From the NCBI GenBank assembly GCA_003427395.1, contig BFEA01000033.1, positions 4,785,719 through 4,841,554 on the forward strand: DNA of 55,836 nucleotides, given 5' to 3'. The notes below the pieces were generated by a model, which was not told the origin of the DNA, ran no database searches, and was given only the letters and a program-made list of their open reading frames with translations. Numbering within the stretch: the first letter of the stretch is position 1; every line of letters begins with the position of its first letter. Shown one piece after another: positions 23,341-34,418 of this stretch. The DNA comes from Chara braunii (Eukaryota > Plantae > Charophyceae). The translations under genes and the position numbers were made by a program.

Positions 23341-24918
23341 CTACAAATCTTCACCTTCTTGGATGGACTTACCCTGTTATACAAAGGATAAACCAATGGC
23401 TATCTTTCATACCAGATAGAAGCGTGGATCATAGATCGACACAGGCAATGTGGACAGGCAAGCTGGACAGTGGACTCATATCTCACCTTAAGGTGGCAGT
23501 AATGGGCATACCACGCATAGGCTCGTACTGTAATTTGTGAACAGAAGATTGTGCGGATGCTGCCTTCCTTTTTCTGTGTCCTAGCCCCTGCATGAGATGT
23601 TATAATATAAGGGATTAATAAAAAATCCCAATCCTGTGGGGCAGGTAGAAGCCTAGAGCATAGATTGGCACAGGCAATGCAGGCAGGCAAGCCGAAAATT
23701 CGGGTCTGTAATGTAAGTGCTAGAAGTTGCAATGCAGGCAGACAGCTGACTCAACTCCCGCCTTAAACCACCAGTAGATCCTAGACTCTTTTTGCTGAGG
23801 CGGGTTCCCCCTGTGCGCCAAGCTTTGCTGAAATGTCAGCGCGACACTTTTTCGTTTCTTTTTTGCTTGGCGTCGTGTTGGTTCGGTAGCCGCGAGCCTG
23901 CAGAATTTTTCGGATCGGATCTATTTCGATTCTCAAGTTTGCTTGGCCCATCTACTGCTGGGTTGGCCACCATACGTCACATAGGCTCATACCGTAAACC
24001 GCTTACACAAGGTTGTGCACATGCTGTGTTCCTGTTTCCCTGCATCAGCCTGTATGATCAACCGGTCTGTATTGTTGGACGGTTTCATCCTCATTGGATG
24101 CCATGATGTGCTGTGTTTCCGAGTGGTGGTTAAAGTTGTTAAACACAATAAGCACCTACTTCAGTTGGACACGTGAACCTGTTGTCCTCAAGGTTCAGAC
24201 GGCGTATCGTGCATCCTCCAGACTCCAGAGGAAAAGGCAGGTGGAGTCAGCCTCCACGTCTACTATTCCGGTTTGCTGGCTGACAAACATAGTCGTATGG
24301 CACTCATATGTCCTTGCATGGTTCGATCGATTCAGGTGCCAAGCAGCATGAGTGAAGACCAAAACGAAGTAAGACAATCAGAACGAGCTTGCAGCTTATC
24401 TGCGAACAGGACAGCGTCAATTGCGGTGTGATGGATCATGACAAAAAGAGAGTGAACAAGGAATATCAGGGCTATAGAGGTGATGTCGTTGATAGATGGC
24501 GAAGGCAAAAAAGCTCAGCGAAGAGGATTAACATGGCCACTACTGACTCCTAAGGCAAACCTGGCAAGCAATGCAACAGTTGGAAGATTGGCACCAATCA
24601 GTATGCTCCACACATTGCTCTTCTGCTCAAGACAGAAGTTTGTGCGGTAACTATGAAAATCCATCCAGATGCTCTCCTGCACCTCCTTACATGGCTTGCC
24701 ATACCTGTGTGCATGTATGTGTATGGATGTGTGTGTTTGCGTGTCTTGTACACTGTCCCCACAACAACCCCTTTTTCCACCCAGATGAGCAGATCCAAAT
24801 TTGAAACAGCTTTACCTCCATGGCAACCAATATGAAGCACACTAAGATGAGCAGAGCAAAAATCGAAACAGCTAACTCTAGCATGCATGTGTGCATGTGT
24901 GTGTGTGTGTGTGTGTAT

Positions 24919-24960
<42 letters not shown>

Positions 24961-25207
24961 TGTGTGCGTGTTTTTAAATTTCACCCCAACGGGCCGTATT
25001 CCACCGGAATGAGTTCATGCAAAATCGAAGGAGTTTCAATATTATTGCAGACAAAGAAGGCCCTTGAGTTGAGACAATCCAACAATGAAACAGTTTCACC
25101 TCTATAGTGAGCAACATGGAGTATAATAGAAGTGTTTAAATCCCCTCCTTAATTGTGTTCACTTTACTTTCTTTGGGATACCCCTTTCATTTGTTCTTGC
25201 AGCTCCC

Positions 25208-25248
<41 letters not shown>

Positions 25249-25739
25249 TGTTGATTGGACGAGGGAGGAAGTGGCGGAGGATGCTTGTTGGATGTCCTGT
25301 GTGCGTGCGACAAAACTGTATATGAATATTTGAAATGCATGATGCAACAGAATGCTTGCTCGAAGTTGTGCGCGCAGCACACCTGAATGCTTTTATCTAA
25401 TGTAGCCACGATCGAAGGATTGGGGATGGTTGTTGGCAGTTCTGTGTACCTGTGTGGAAAAAATGTATGTATATGTTTGAAGACTTTGAAGTTTGAACTG
25501 TACGATGATGCACAGAATACTGCTCATGATTGTGTGCGCATCACAGTTGAATTTTCTCATCGGATGCAGCTGATGTGGTGGATTGACAGTCGTGGATTTT
25601 GACCGTTTGTGGTGAGGAATGGGATAGTGGGTGTTGCTGATATAGGGCCACGTGGCCTTGTTGTTTGGCTGGAAGTGATTGTAATCATTGTATCATTGTA
25701 GAGATCACAAAAGACAAAAAGGTTGCCCTTACCCATCTG

Positions 25740-25770
<31 letters not shown>

Positions 25771-25846
25771 CCCATCTGCTTTTACTGAGCTTTTGTTTTG
25801 ATGCTGTCCATGCTGTGATTGGCTGTGCTGACTCTTGTCAGCAAAG

Positions 25847-25955
25847 GTGGTGGCCAGACAAGGAGTGAAGAGTCAGCACAGGTTCTTTGCATCAGTGTTG
25901 CATATTTGGTGTCCGCTGAGAAGGATTGCTGAAATCATGCAGTCTGTTTATAAAG
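25847..25955 (+). CDS. Exon 4 of AAC4-like gene (VVARQGVKSQHRFFASVLHIWCPLRRIAEIMQSVYK)
   Basis: caaAG|GTG acceptor and AAAG|GTAAG donor; 109 nt, phase 0/1. Contains the LHIWC motif. Confidence 0.82.
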
Positions 25956-26159
25956 GTAAGAAATACTAAGAAACCTTTTGCACAGGATTCTTAAGGTAGC
26001 TGCGTTTGGAAACGAAGCACCTATTTTTTAATTTTAATTTTAATTTTAATGTTAATTCTAGGATACTAGAGTGGCCCCGGGACCATTTGCCCGGCCGAGC
26101 CAAAAAAAAAAAAAAAAAAAAGATTTTAAAATTTTGTTTTTTATTTTAAATCTGGTAAA

Positions 26160-26950
26160 NNNNNNNNNNNNNNNNNNNNNNNNNNNNNNNNNNNNNNNNN
26201 NNNNNNNNNNNNNNNNNNNNNNNNNNNNNNNNNNNNNNNNNNNNNNNNNNNNNNNNNNNNNNNNNNNNNNNNNNNNNNNNNNNNNNNNNNNNNNNNNNNN
26301 NNNNNNNNNNNNNNNNNNNNNNNNNNNNNNNNNNNNNNNNNNNNNNNNNNNNNNNNNNNNNNNNNNNNNNNNNNNNNNNNNNNNNNNNNNNNNNNNNNNN
26401 NNNNNNNNNNNNNNNNNNNNNNNNNNNNNNNNNNNNNNNNNNNNNNNNNNNNNNNNNNNNNNNNNNNNNNNNNNNNNNNNNNNNNNNNNNNNNNNNNNNN
26501 NNNNNNNNNNNNNNNNNNNNNNNNNNNNNNNNNNNNNNNNNNNNNNNNNNNNNNNNNNNNNNNNNNNNNNNNNNNNNNNNNNNNNNNNNNNNNNNNNNNN
26601 NNNNNNNNNNNNNNNNNNNNNNNNNNNNNNNNNNNNNNNNNNNNNNNNNNNNNNNNNNNNNNNNNNNNNNNNNNNNNNNNNNNNNNNNNNNNNNNNNNNN
26701 NNNNNNNNNNNNNNNNNNNNNNNNNNNNNNNNNNNNNNNNNNNNNNNNNNNNNNNNNNNNNNNNNNNNNNNNNNNNNNNNNNNNNNNNNNNNNNNNNNNN
26801 NNNNNNNNNNNNNNNNNNNNNNNNNNNNNNNNNNNNNNNNNNNNNNNNNNNNNNNNNNNNNNNNNNNNNNNNNNNNNNNNNNNNNNNNNNNNNNNNNNNN
26901 NNNNNNNNNNNNNNNNNNNNNNNNNNNNNNNNNNNNNNNNNNNNNNNNNN
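26160..26950. other. Assembly gap (N)
   Basis: Run of N. Confidence 1.
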
Positions 26951-27824
26951 GACGGGCGCCGATCAGATTTATCAACGGCAGCCGTTGTCGGGCCCGGCCT
27001 CCTAAAAGTTCGGGTACTGGCCAGTACCACGTCGAAAATAGGCTCGGAGGTACTGGTGGTTTAATTTCCCCCCATCTTTTCTCCTTTGGACACATGCTAG
27101 GCTACATACGTTCGTCTCGGTCAAAGAGAAGCCAGACGCTTCCTGCTTGACTGCCTGCACGGGTCCAACAATCACATTAGCTGCTGTGGGAATCTGATGC
27201 GTGTCCTGGGGTCATCCTCGTGACGTTATACACATGGCCACATGCTATTGCATTTTCCTTTGCTTATGCATTCCATCAGCCTTGTGCTCTATGCTTCATT
27301 GATGTCTGTGGGGGTGGTGGATGTAGGGGTGGGTGAAGGTGTGATGATGTGGGGGTGTGGGTGTGGGTGTGTGTTGGGGGGGGGGTGGTGGTGTTGGGTG
27401 TGTTGAGTGTGTCGGGTGTGTGTGCGTGTGTGTGTTCTCAAAGAACCCCAAACTCTCTCTCCCATTCCATCCACAAATCATCACAAACCATCCATAAAAC
27501 AAAAACAAAAAAGTGTAGATAAGCAATATAATAGTGGAAAGATGCAAGGTTGGGCACGTTTGTGTGGTTAAGCGCCACTTATAAGCAGGGAATGACATGA
27601 GCTGCTGCATGACTGCAATGACATGAGCATTCTCGTCGTGGCCGGGTGACTCAGAAGTAGGGAATGCTGAGTTGCATGAAAGGGAGTATGTCTGTGTGCG
27701 AGAATTGCCGACGCGTTCGGGTGTTGTGGGTGTGGAGTTGAGTGAGGTGTGTGTCGAGTTTGGGCACTACAGCCTTGCAGGGGTGGGGTGGATATCATGA
27801 CCGGTATGGTTCCACTTTTGAACA

Positions 27825-27900
27825 CCGTGTCCTGGCTGTAGTGGTTAAGAGACTTGGCTCGTGAGGCCGAATTCGCCAGTTCGAATCCATGCATGCACGG
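27825..27900 (+). pseudogene. tRNA-like sequence, copy 1 in a ~250 bp duplicated unit
   Basis: A-box-like TGGCTGTAGTGG, anticodon-like arm TTGGC-TCGTGAG-GCCGA, B box AGTTCGAATCC, CCGTG...CACGG acceptor stem. Confidence 0.6.
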
Positions 27901-28190
27901 AGGAGGGCTTAGGCCCGTTTGAGGATGGATCCGTATAAACAAACCGTGGAAGGCTCCTGTGAACTGCCGGGTAGCTAAAAGAGCCTGGTACAGTGAGTGG
28001 GCTAAGTACCGGTAATGGATGGATGTTGATTAGAGTGATGCGTGCTCAGTTGGAGCTAAGGGTACGAGAATCGTCGACACGTTCATGTGTTGTCCGTGTG
28101 GAGTTGAGTGAGGTGTGTGCTGAGTTTGGACGCTACAGCCTTGCAGGGGTGGGGTGGATATCACGACCGGTATGGTTCCGCTTTTGAACA

Positions 28191-28266
28191 CCGTGTCCTG
28201 GCTGTAGTGGTTAAGAGACTTGGCTCGTGAGGCCGAAGTTGCAGGTTCAAATCCGTGCGTGCACGG
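28191..28266 (+). pseudogene. tRNA-like sequence, copy 2 (366 bp downstream of copy 1)
   Basis: Same structure; B box GGTTCAAATCC. Confidence 0.6.
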
Positions 28267-28605
28267 AGGAGGGAGGGCTTGGGCCCGTTTGAGTATGCAT
28301 CCGTCTAAACAAACCCTGGGTGGGAGGGAGGGAAGTTTAAGGGTAATGTATATGAGTGGGTTTTGCATAGCTACCCCATGGGGAAATGCGGCACCTTTTT
28401 CTGGATGGTGAAAAAAGCTGCAGTGGTGATGAGCAGTGAGTTTTTTGGGGATGGCATGTAGCAGGGTTGGTTGCTGTAAGGGCTGCTGTCATGATAGTAA
28501 TATAAGCTTGACCACCTCTTTGGACTCTATAGGTGGTACTTCATGCGCGGAGGGGTCGTTTTGGCATAAGTCGCTTTTGGGTGTTTGAAAGGAGCAGTGT
28601 TTGCA

Positions 28606-28726
28606 ATGGTATGGTCATACCACTGCTAATGCGGCCGATCCCAGACAAACTCGGAAGCAAAGCGCCTTTGGGCCGGGACAGTACTGGGATGGGTCACCTC
28701 CTGGGAAGTCCCGGTTGATGTAGCTA
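28606..28726 (+). rRNA. 5S: 5S rRNA, dispersed diverged copy (probable pseudogene)
   Basis: ATGGTATGGTCATACCAC...GATCCC...AACTCGGAAGCAAAGCGCC...AGTACTGGGATGGGTCACCTCCTGGGAAGTCCCGGT; no oligo-T terminator. Confidence 0.88.
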
Positions 28727-29148
28727 CTGCTTGAAAGGCAGCAATTTTCGGACTCCAATCTGCCAGTCCCCTGGAATACCTGCCCGCTGCAAAACATGCA
28801 TGCATTAAAAAAGGAAAAAAAAGAGAAAAAGGCGTAGTGTTTGCATCGGTGCAAAATCGGTGCTGCGTACTGGGTTTTGGCAAGGCAGGCAGGCAGGCAA
28901 GGTTGCCTTGGGGGTGCGGTCTTTAGTCTGCTGACCCTTGTTCTTTGAAGGGGTTGTGCTGGAATTCTGGGGTCCATTTCAGGTTTTTTGGTATGCGATT
29001 GGCCATTTTGAAATGGTATGGTATGCCCAATATGCCAGATTTTTGTTATGATATCATTGCGCAGGGCCATCAAAAATTGATCTGTGCTGGAAGACTGTTG
29101 GTTGCTGTGTTGTTCTTTTTTGATTGATTGCCCTCATGTGTTGTGTAG

Positions 29149-29333
29149 GTGTTGTAGATGAGTTAGATGTGGCGGACGACGTTATTATGGTGATAACAGT
29201 CGCAGAGGGAAAACGATCACTGCCAATCTTCAATGAGCAGGCCATGGGTGAGAACGGGAAAGCAAGTCTTTTCTTCAAGAGTTACGCCTCCAAATGCTCA
29301 GGTGCCTCTTCTTCCTCCACAGAGCATACCTGA
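29149..29333 (+). CDS. Terminal exon 5 of AAC4-like gene (GVVDELDVADDVIMVITVAEG...stop)
   Basis: tgtAG|GT acceptor completes the phase-1 codon GGT; stop TGA at 29331-29333. The predicted product is about 1087 aa from ATG 2624. Confidence 0.78.
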
Positions 29334-29732
29334 GAAAAGCATGATTTCGTCACCAGAACCTGCCAACATGGACTCGTCGGAAACCTGGTAAATAAGCAGC
29401 CCTCGCTGATGCTCTCAGGAGTCAAGCTATTGCCCCTTTTCAGAGACTTCTTATCCTCCTGGGTGGAAAACCCGGTTATTTTCTTTGGTTGATTGATTGA
29501 TCGATTGGTTGATTGATTGATTAGCTCGTTTGGTGGGTTGGACGGTTGACGCACTTGACGAGCTATCAAATTTTTTGACAGCTTGTCATACAAAAAAGTC
29601 ACATTTGGGAAGCACTGTTTTTTTTTTTTTTTTTTCAGCTCCAGATTGTGGCAGAGGCTGGATGCTAGGCCTCGGGAGGTGGCTGTCGTTGTGCTCAACG
29701 AGCGGGGAGATCAGACGGTTTGTGACAGCTTG

Positions 29733-29823
29733 TTGGGGCCATTTCTCGATTTAGGTGTGTCATCCTTGTGCAGGGGCCATGCTAATCTTCCCTGTATCGT
29801 TGAAATTTGAACAGATGTCCGAA
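29733..29823 (-). pseudogene. U6: U6 snRNA, near full-length diverged copy
   Basis: Reverse complement of U6: CCATTTCTCGATTTAGGTGTGTCATCCTTGTGCAGGGGCCATGCTAATCTTCCCTGTATCGTT...GATGTCCGAA. Confidence 0.9.
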
Positions 29824-29895
29824 TGAAGGCATTGGTTTGCTAAATCAACATCATACAACAAGATTGTATCATGGGTTCAATTCCCATTTCCTCCG
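29824..29895 (+). pseudogene. trnS: Mitochondrial-type tRNA-Ser(GCU), 5'-truncated (NUMT)
   Basis: AAGGCATTGGTTTGCTAAATCAAC...ATACAACAAGATTGTATCATGGGTTCAATTCCCATTTCCTCCG matches the plant mitochondrial trnS-GCU pattern with a long variable arm. Confidence 0.8.
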
Positions 29896-29902
29896 CTCCA
29901 CC

Positions 29903-29975
29903 GGGGGAATAGTTCAAGTGGTCGAACGCATGTTTTGCAAGTATGAAGTTATCGGTTCAAGTCCGATCGTCTCCA
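29903..29975 (+). tRNA. trnA: Mitochondrial-type tRNA-Ala(UGC) (NUMT, probably non-functional)
   Basis: 73-nt cloverleaf: D arm GTTC/GAAC, anticodon arm CATGT-TTTGCAA-GTATG, T arm ATCGG-TTCAAGT-CCGAT. Two mismatches in the acceptor stem. Confidence 0.8.
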
Positions 29976-29987
29976 ATTTCCCCGTGA

Positions 29988-30023
29988 GCCCACATAGCTC
30001 AGGTGGTAGAGCATTCCCTTGGT
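29988..30023 (+). pseudogene. trnT: Mitochondrial-type tRNA-Thr(GGU), 5' half (NUMT)
   Basis: GCCCACATAGCTCAGGTGGTAGAGCATTCCCTTGGT ends at the anticodon. trnA-trnT adjacency is the known order in Chara and bryophyte mitochondria. Confidence 0.7.
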
Positions 30024-30673
30024 TTTTCCTTTTTTGCAATTCTTACCAATTTAATAATTTATCATTTATGTATTCTTGGGAGTCACTGTCGTTTCGTTGG
30101 TAACTAGTTCGCTGTTTTTTTTTTTTTTTTCCAGTCTTTGCAACGAATACAGCTCATGTTTGAGGGCTAGTTTCGATCTGCTCCCTCCGCCTTCACAAGG
30201 AAGTCAAAGCGAATGGCAATTGTGAAACAACTGTGCTTGAGATTTTTATCCGGTGTCAGGAACAACAGCGTGTTTCAAGCATGCAACAAAAACGGGTCTC
30301 CATGGTGCGAGGAGAGCCCGCTGTTTCATCCCTCACTTGCACTTCAGCATCTGCTTTTCCTGCGTGCCATTTTCATGACTGAGGTGGGATCATATGAACC
30401 TGCTTTACTAAATGTAAGGACAAGCTAGCAGCCGACCTCGCTGGTTCGCGCCTGAGTTTTTGTCCAATACCAGGAACGGCAAAGTGTTTCAGCGGGCTGT
30501 CTGCTGTCGGGTGAAACACTCAGTGAGCTGCAGAATGTACCAATGGGGGGCTCCAGAGGCATCAGAGGTGGGCCAGGATCCAATCAGCAGCTTATCTCCC
30601 TTCTCCTTGCCTTATTCGTAGTATCTGGCAGTTTTCAGTATGGGATCTGAGAGGGAACTAAGGGACAGGCAAG

Positions 30674-30869
30674 CTGACAGTCAATCCTCCTTCAAGGAGG
30701 AATGAATGCTGGTCAGGGGTCCTTCGGCCCTACGGAAGGAAGCGTGAGCGTGTATATTGATGTATTCATTCTTGACTTGCCGGGGGAATAGGAACCGGAC
30801 TGATGCTCCCCAGAATGGAAAAGGAGCCAGGACCATAAGGACCTGTTTAAAAAATAAAAATAAAAAAAA
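30674..30869 (+). mobile_element. Non-LTR 3'-tail element (ACTTGCC...CTCCCCAGAATGG type) with A-rich tail
   Basis: Shares motifs with 35566-35833 and 49347-49707. Confidence 0.65.
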
Positions 30870-31214
30870 TGCAGCAACAAAAGGGTTTTCAGCTTCGCAG
30901 TGCTCGGCCAACTCCATGCCAGGTGAACAGAGTCCACCCTATCTTTGATTAACTTATAATGTGTTCGATGTTCATGACGGCCCACGCTCTCATATTCACT
31001 GCCATCATCATTGCAATTAGAACCTAGAAAAGAGTGAGAAGGAGATTTCTGAAAGATCGAAAGAGCTTCGCAAAGCTGCGAAAGGGCTTCTTCTCTTGCT
31101 TGCCATTTTGTGATTGAGGTTAACTGTTGGCTGGCTTTTATGTATGCAAATGCCAATCATTAAACCAAGGCTACCAGAGGGTGCCGGGGGGGACCACTCA
31201 CCCGGTTGGGTCAC

Positions 31215-31247
<33 letters not shown>

Positions 31248-31499
31248 GTTTTGAAATTTTAATTAAAAAAATTATTTTAAATTTGGTAGATGTGACCCTG
31301 AGGCAAAAGTTGTTCAGTTTATTTTTCTGCATCACATAGTTTTTTTCCCCTTGTCCTTGCACGGCCGGGCAGCCCGGGAAAACAGGCGACCTGGGCGGGC
31401 CGGCTGGTAGCCCAGGTTTAAAGTTTAAACCATTCTTATTTCACAATGTCACAGGTGAAAGGGCTTACTTGCTTCTGATGTTGGTGACAGTGGCACACT

Positions 31500-31500
<1 letters not shown>

Positions 31501-31541
<41 letters not shown>

Positions 31542-31821
31542 GGACAAACAACCCGAGTGAATGCTAGGAGTGCTGATAGGAGCAGACACCACTAGCATGC
31601 TCGAGGAGGCTCCATCTATTAGTGGGGAGCGGCACCTGCTGGAAATCGGGTCCAGCGTCCCTCAACAATTATAACCAGATGTTCCGTTCTCCTCCCGTAA
31701 TCATGTCAATATGCTACGTGCCGATCCACAAAATGTGTGCGTAATCACCCGAAGCGACACAGTAGCCCGCTCTATCTGAAGAGCAGCATTGATTGCCCTC
31801 AAGCGAGGGGATCAACTGCTC
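31501..31821 (-). mobile_element. Non-LTR 3'-tail element with poly(A)40
   Basis: Motif A at 31781-31821, GGGACGCTGG module at 31608-31661, terminal hairpin, T40 at 31501-31540. Confidence 0.75.
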
Positions 31822-32530
31822 ATCACGGTTAAAACAAAATTCCTGTCCCGAACCCCCCACCGCCCGGTTATGAAGACATTCGCAGCGCAGTGAAAGGAAG
31901 AGGCAATCAGGGCAGTAGGCTATATGAGCTTATTGTAACCAATTCCGAATTCATATTGTCTCTCACAAGTTTATCCTGAAGCCTCCCTATCCCCCCACAC
32001 TCCTCAGGAGCAGTGATTCACGTTACAAAAAAGGGGGGCTGTTCCATTCTCTCGAGAAGACATCTCCCATCTTCGAAACCCTCATCAAGATCTAACACGC
32101 TCTCACACAGCAAAAGAGGGGAAGGGTATTTGAAGAAGGGATGTGCAGTTTTACCCTGTTGAAATTATCAATCACATCAGTGCGGAAAAACAGAGGCACA
32201 GCTTACTACATCAAAATTGTCTATTACCTCAGTGCGGGAGAGCAGAGGACCGACAAAGGAAATGGCACCTCAATTTCCGCACTGAACTTACCCGTCTCAC
32301 GCGGCAGGAGAAAAATTCCACGGTCGTCCCTCCCCTGCCACGTGGCACATACTCAACTACATGAGAAGGCCTATTATGAGAAAGCCTATTATTATAGAAA
32401 GCCTATTATGAGAAAGCCTATTATTATAGAAAGCCGCAAAGGGGTCCACATCGCAAATATTATTTAGAAAGATAAGCGATAGAAGCATGTTCTCGCTATC
32501 ATGCATCCCCTGCGGCGCTGCTCCAGTCGT

Positions 32531-32962
32531 TCACCACCCAACCCCACCCGGATCCCATGAACGAAGCAGAATGACGTTCCGCACAGTCGATGAGCCCCGA
32601 ATCATTGTAAACATGCCCAAAGACGACCCCCCTCCAAGAAGCTCACCTCTCCCGCATATAGCAACGGGCATACCCCCCCCGAAATCATTACTATGACTTC
32701 CATTGCTTACAACTTGGCCGTCGCAGAAACATGCACGGAGCTCACCTTCTTCGCCGGTATTATGGTGGTTGCCAATGTTGTTGTTGTTACTGCAATCGTC
32801 ACTGCTAATGTTGTTTTCGTTGGCTGCTTTGTTGTCAACACCCTCCCCACACCAATCACCTTCAATACCGGCGCGATTGTCGTTGTTGTTATTGTTGGTG
32901 CTGTTGTTATTGTTGTTTTCCTCGCACCTGACCACACAAAAGTGCAGCTCTCCGTTGTTGTC

Positions 32963-33010
<48 letters not shown>

Positions 33011-33619
33011 GCTGCTGTTGTTATCATCGCACAAAACCGCAATCCCCCCTCCGCCCCGAGAGCACTCTTCGACATCCACAAGCGAACGCGCCTCCAGTTC
33101 ACCACAACAAACCTGCCTCTCCTCAGGCTCCTCGCGNCTAATTCCGAGCTCGTTGTTNGAAAGAGCAATTGGAACACCCACGTCATCGNTTGCATGCAAG
33201 CGATNCCNCGTNGTAGNGCCAGGCACTTGCCCCTCCNCAAGCCCCACACAGCTACCCTGTTGCGAACCTCCACATGTCGTCTTCACATGCAGCCCCTCCC
33301 AAAGCTCTACGAAAACTCCTCTCAATTTCCTTATCATCTCAGCACGATCGCCCATCTCAGCTGTCGCCTGTGCTCTCTCGGTAATACTCAATAGTTGAAG
33401 AGAAAAATTCGCGCGGATCTCCTCGTCCCATCCGTTGAGCACTTCCTCCCCCTCATCTAAAAGCTCCGCTGATAAATCCTGTTGACGGTGAGTAAGCACA
33501 TCATAGAGCTCCTCCATCTGTCGTTTGTGCATCCTCACCACCTCCAGCGGCGCCTCCTCCTCTTCCAACAGACCAGCAGCCACTTCATCCTGCATGATTG
33601 CCGCCTGCATCGCCATCAT
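32531..33619 (-). CDS. Unassigned low-complexity ORF (acidic helical N-terminal part, poly-Asn), contains ambiguous bases
   Basis: 362-aa ORF with ATG start; no recognisable domain. Confidence 0.25.
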
Positions 33620-34329
33620 TAGTTTATGTGTGAAATATTATGTCGTGAAAGCCGCCCCCAGAACTCGCGCACTCTCAATACAATCTAAACTTTCAACTCC
33701 TTGCCCCGACGTGCCGTTGCGTCAAGATGCCACGTGGAGTAACCCCACTTACGCCCGTGCCTAAACACCAAGCGGGCTCCAATACAACCAAGCGCAGCTA
33801 TGGCGCTCACAGAGAATCGCCACTTCTGCCCCAGTCTGCGGAGTGCGGCCGGGCCTCGCCGACCGGTCCGCAGCGCAGATTAGCGCTAACAGCGCGAGTT
33901 ACCACTTGCTTTCTGTCCTGCGTGGCACACTGTTTTTGCGAACAACTTTTCCCTATCTTTGCTTTGTTGCCATTCCTGTGGCACATTGACATCGTATCTG
34001 AGACTTCCTTTTTTATTTATTTATTTAAATTTTATATAAACACCCCGGGTTTGGTAGGGGTGCTGGTATGAGCAGACACCCCTAGCAACCCCTACGACCC
34101 CCCCAATAGATCGTACAAGAGACGTTGTCGGCCTGTAAACCAGGATTGTAAGACTGGATTTCAGTGTGAGGATTCAGAATCTTCAGACTGTTCACCATTA
34201 GCCATCCAGTCTCAGCCAAATGAACACCTATGCCAAACAGGAACGATAGCGTGGACAATTCTGTTGCATAAGGCTGCCCTTCTCTTTTTTTTTTTTTTTC
34301 CTCTTAGCGCTTGCATTACAGTGCAGTGC

Positions 34330-34418
34330 CCTTGTTGTGATGTTAAAACAAAAGAAGCGGTGATGCCTAGCATCCATGGAGCTTGACATCCCAGCGTTTT
34401 GTTTTAACATCAACAAGG
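34330..34418. repeat. Foldback hairpin
   Basis: CCTTGTTG(TG)ATGTTAAAACAAAA...TTTTGTTTTAACATCAACAAGG. Confidence 0.7.

Noticed and set aside
23517-23533. ATAGGCTCGTAC resembling the plant U3 snoRNA 5' region
   Set aside because: Too short, part of a local diverged duplication (also near 23981), and no U3 boxes follow.
30130-31156. Possible minus-strand exons (WQAREEALSQLCEALSIF...)
   Set aside because: Multiple stops in all frames, interrupted by a retro-tail, no recognisable family or splice chain.
31730-31885. Pif1 helicase-like words on the minus strand (NVFITG.., HTFLWIG)
   Set aside because: Requires frameshifts and stops, and part of it is the repeated RNA tail motif A.
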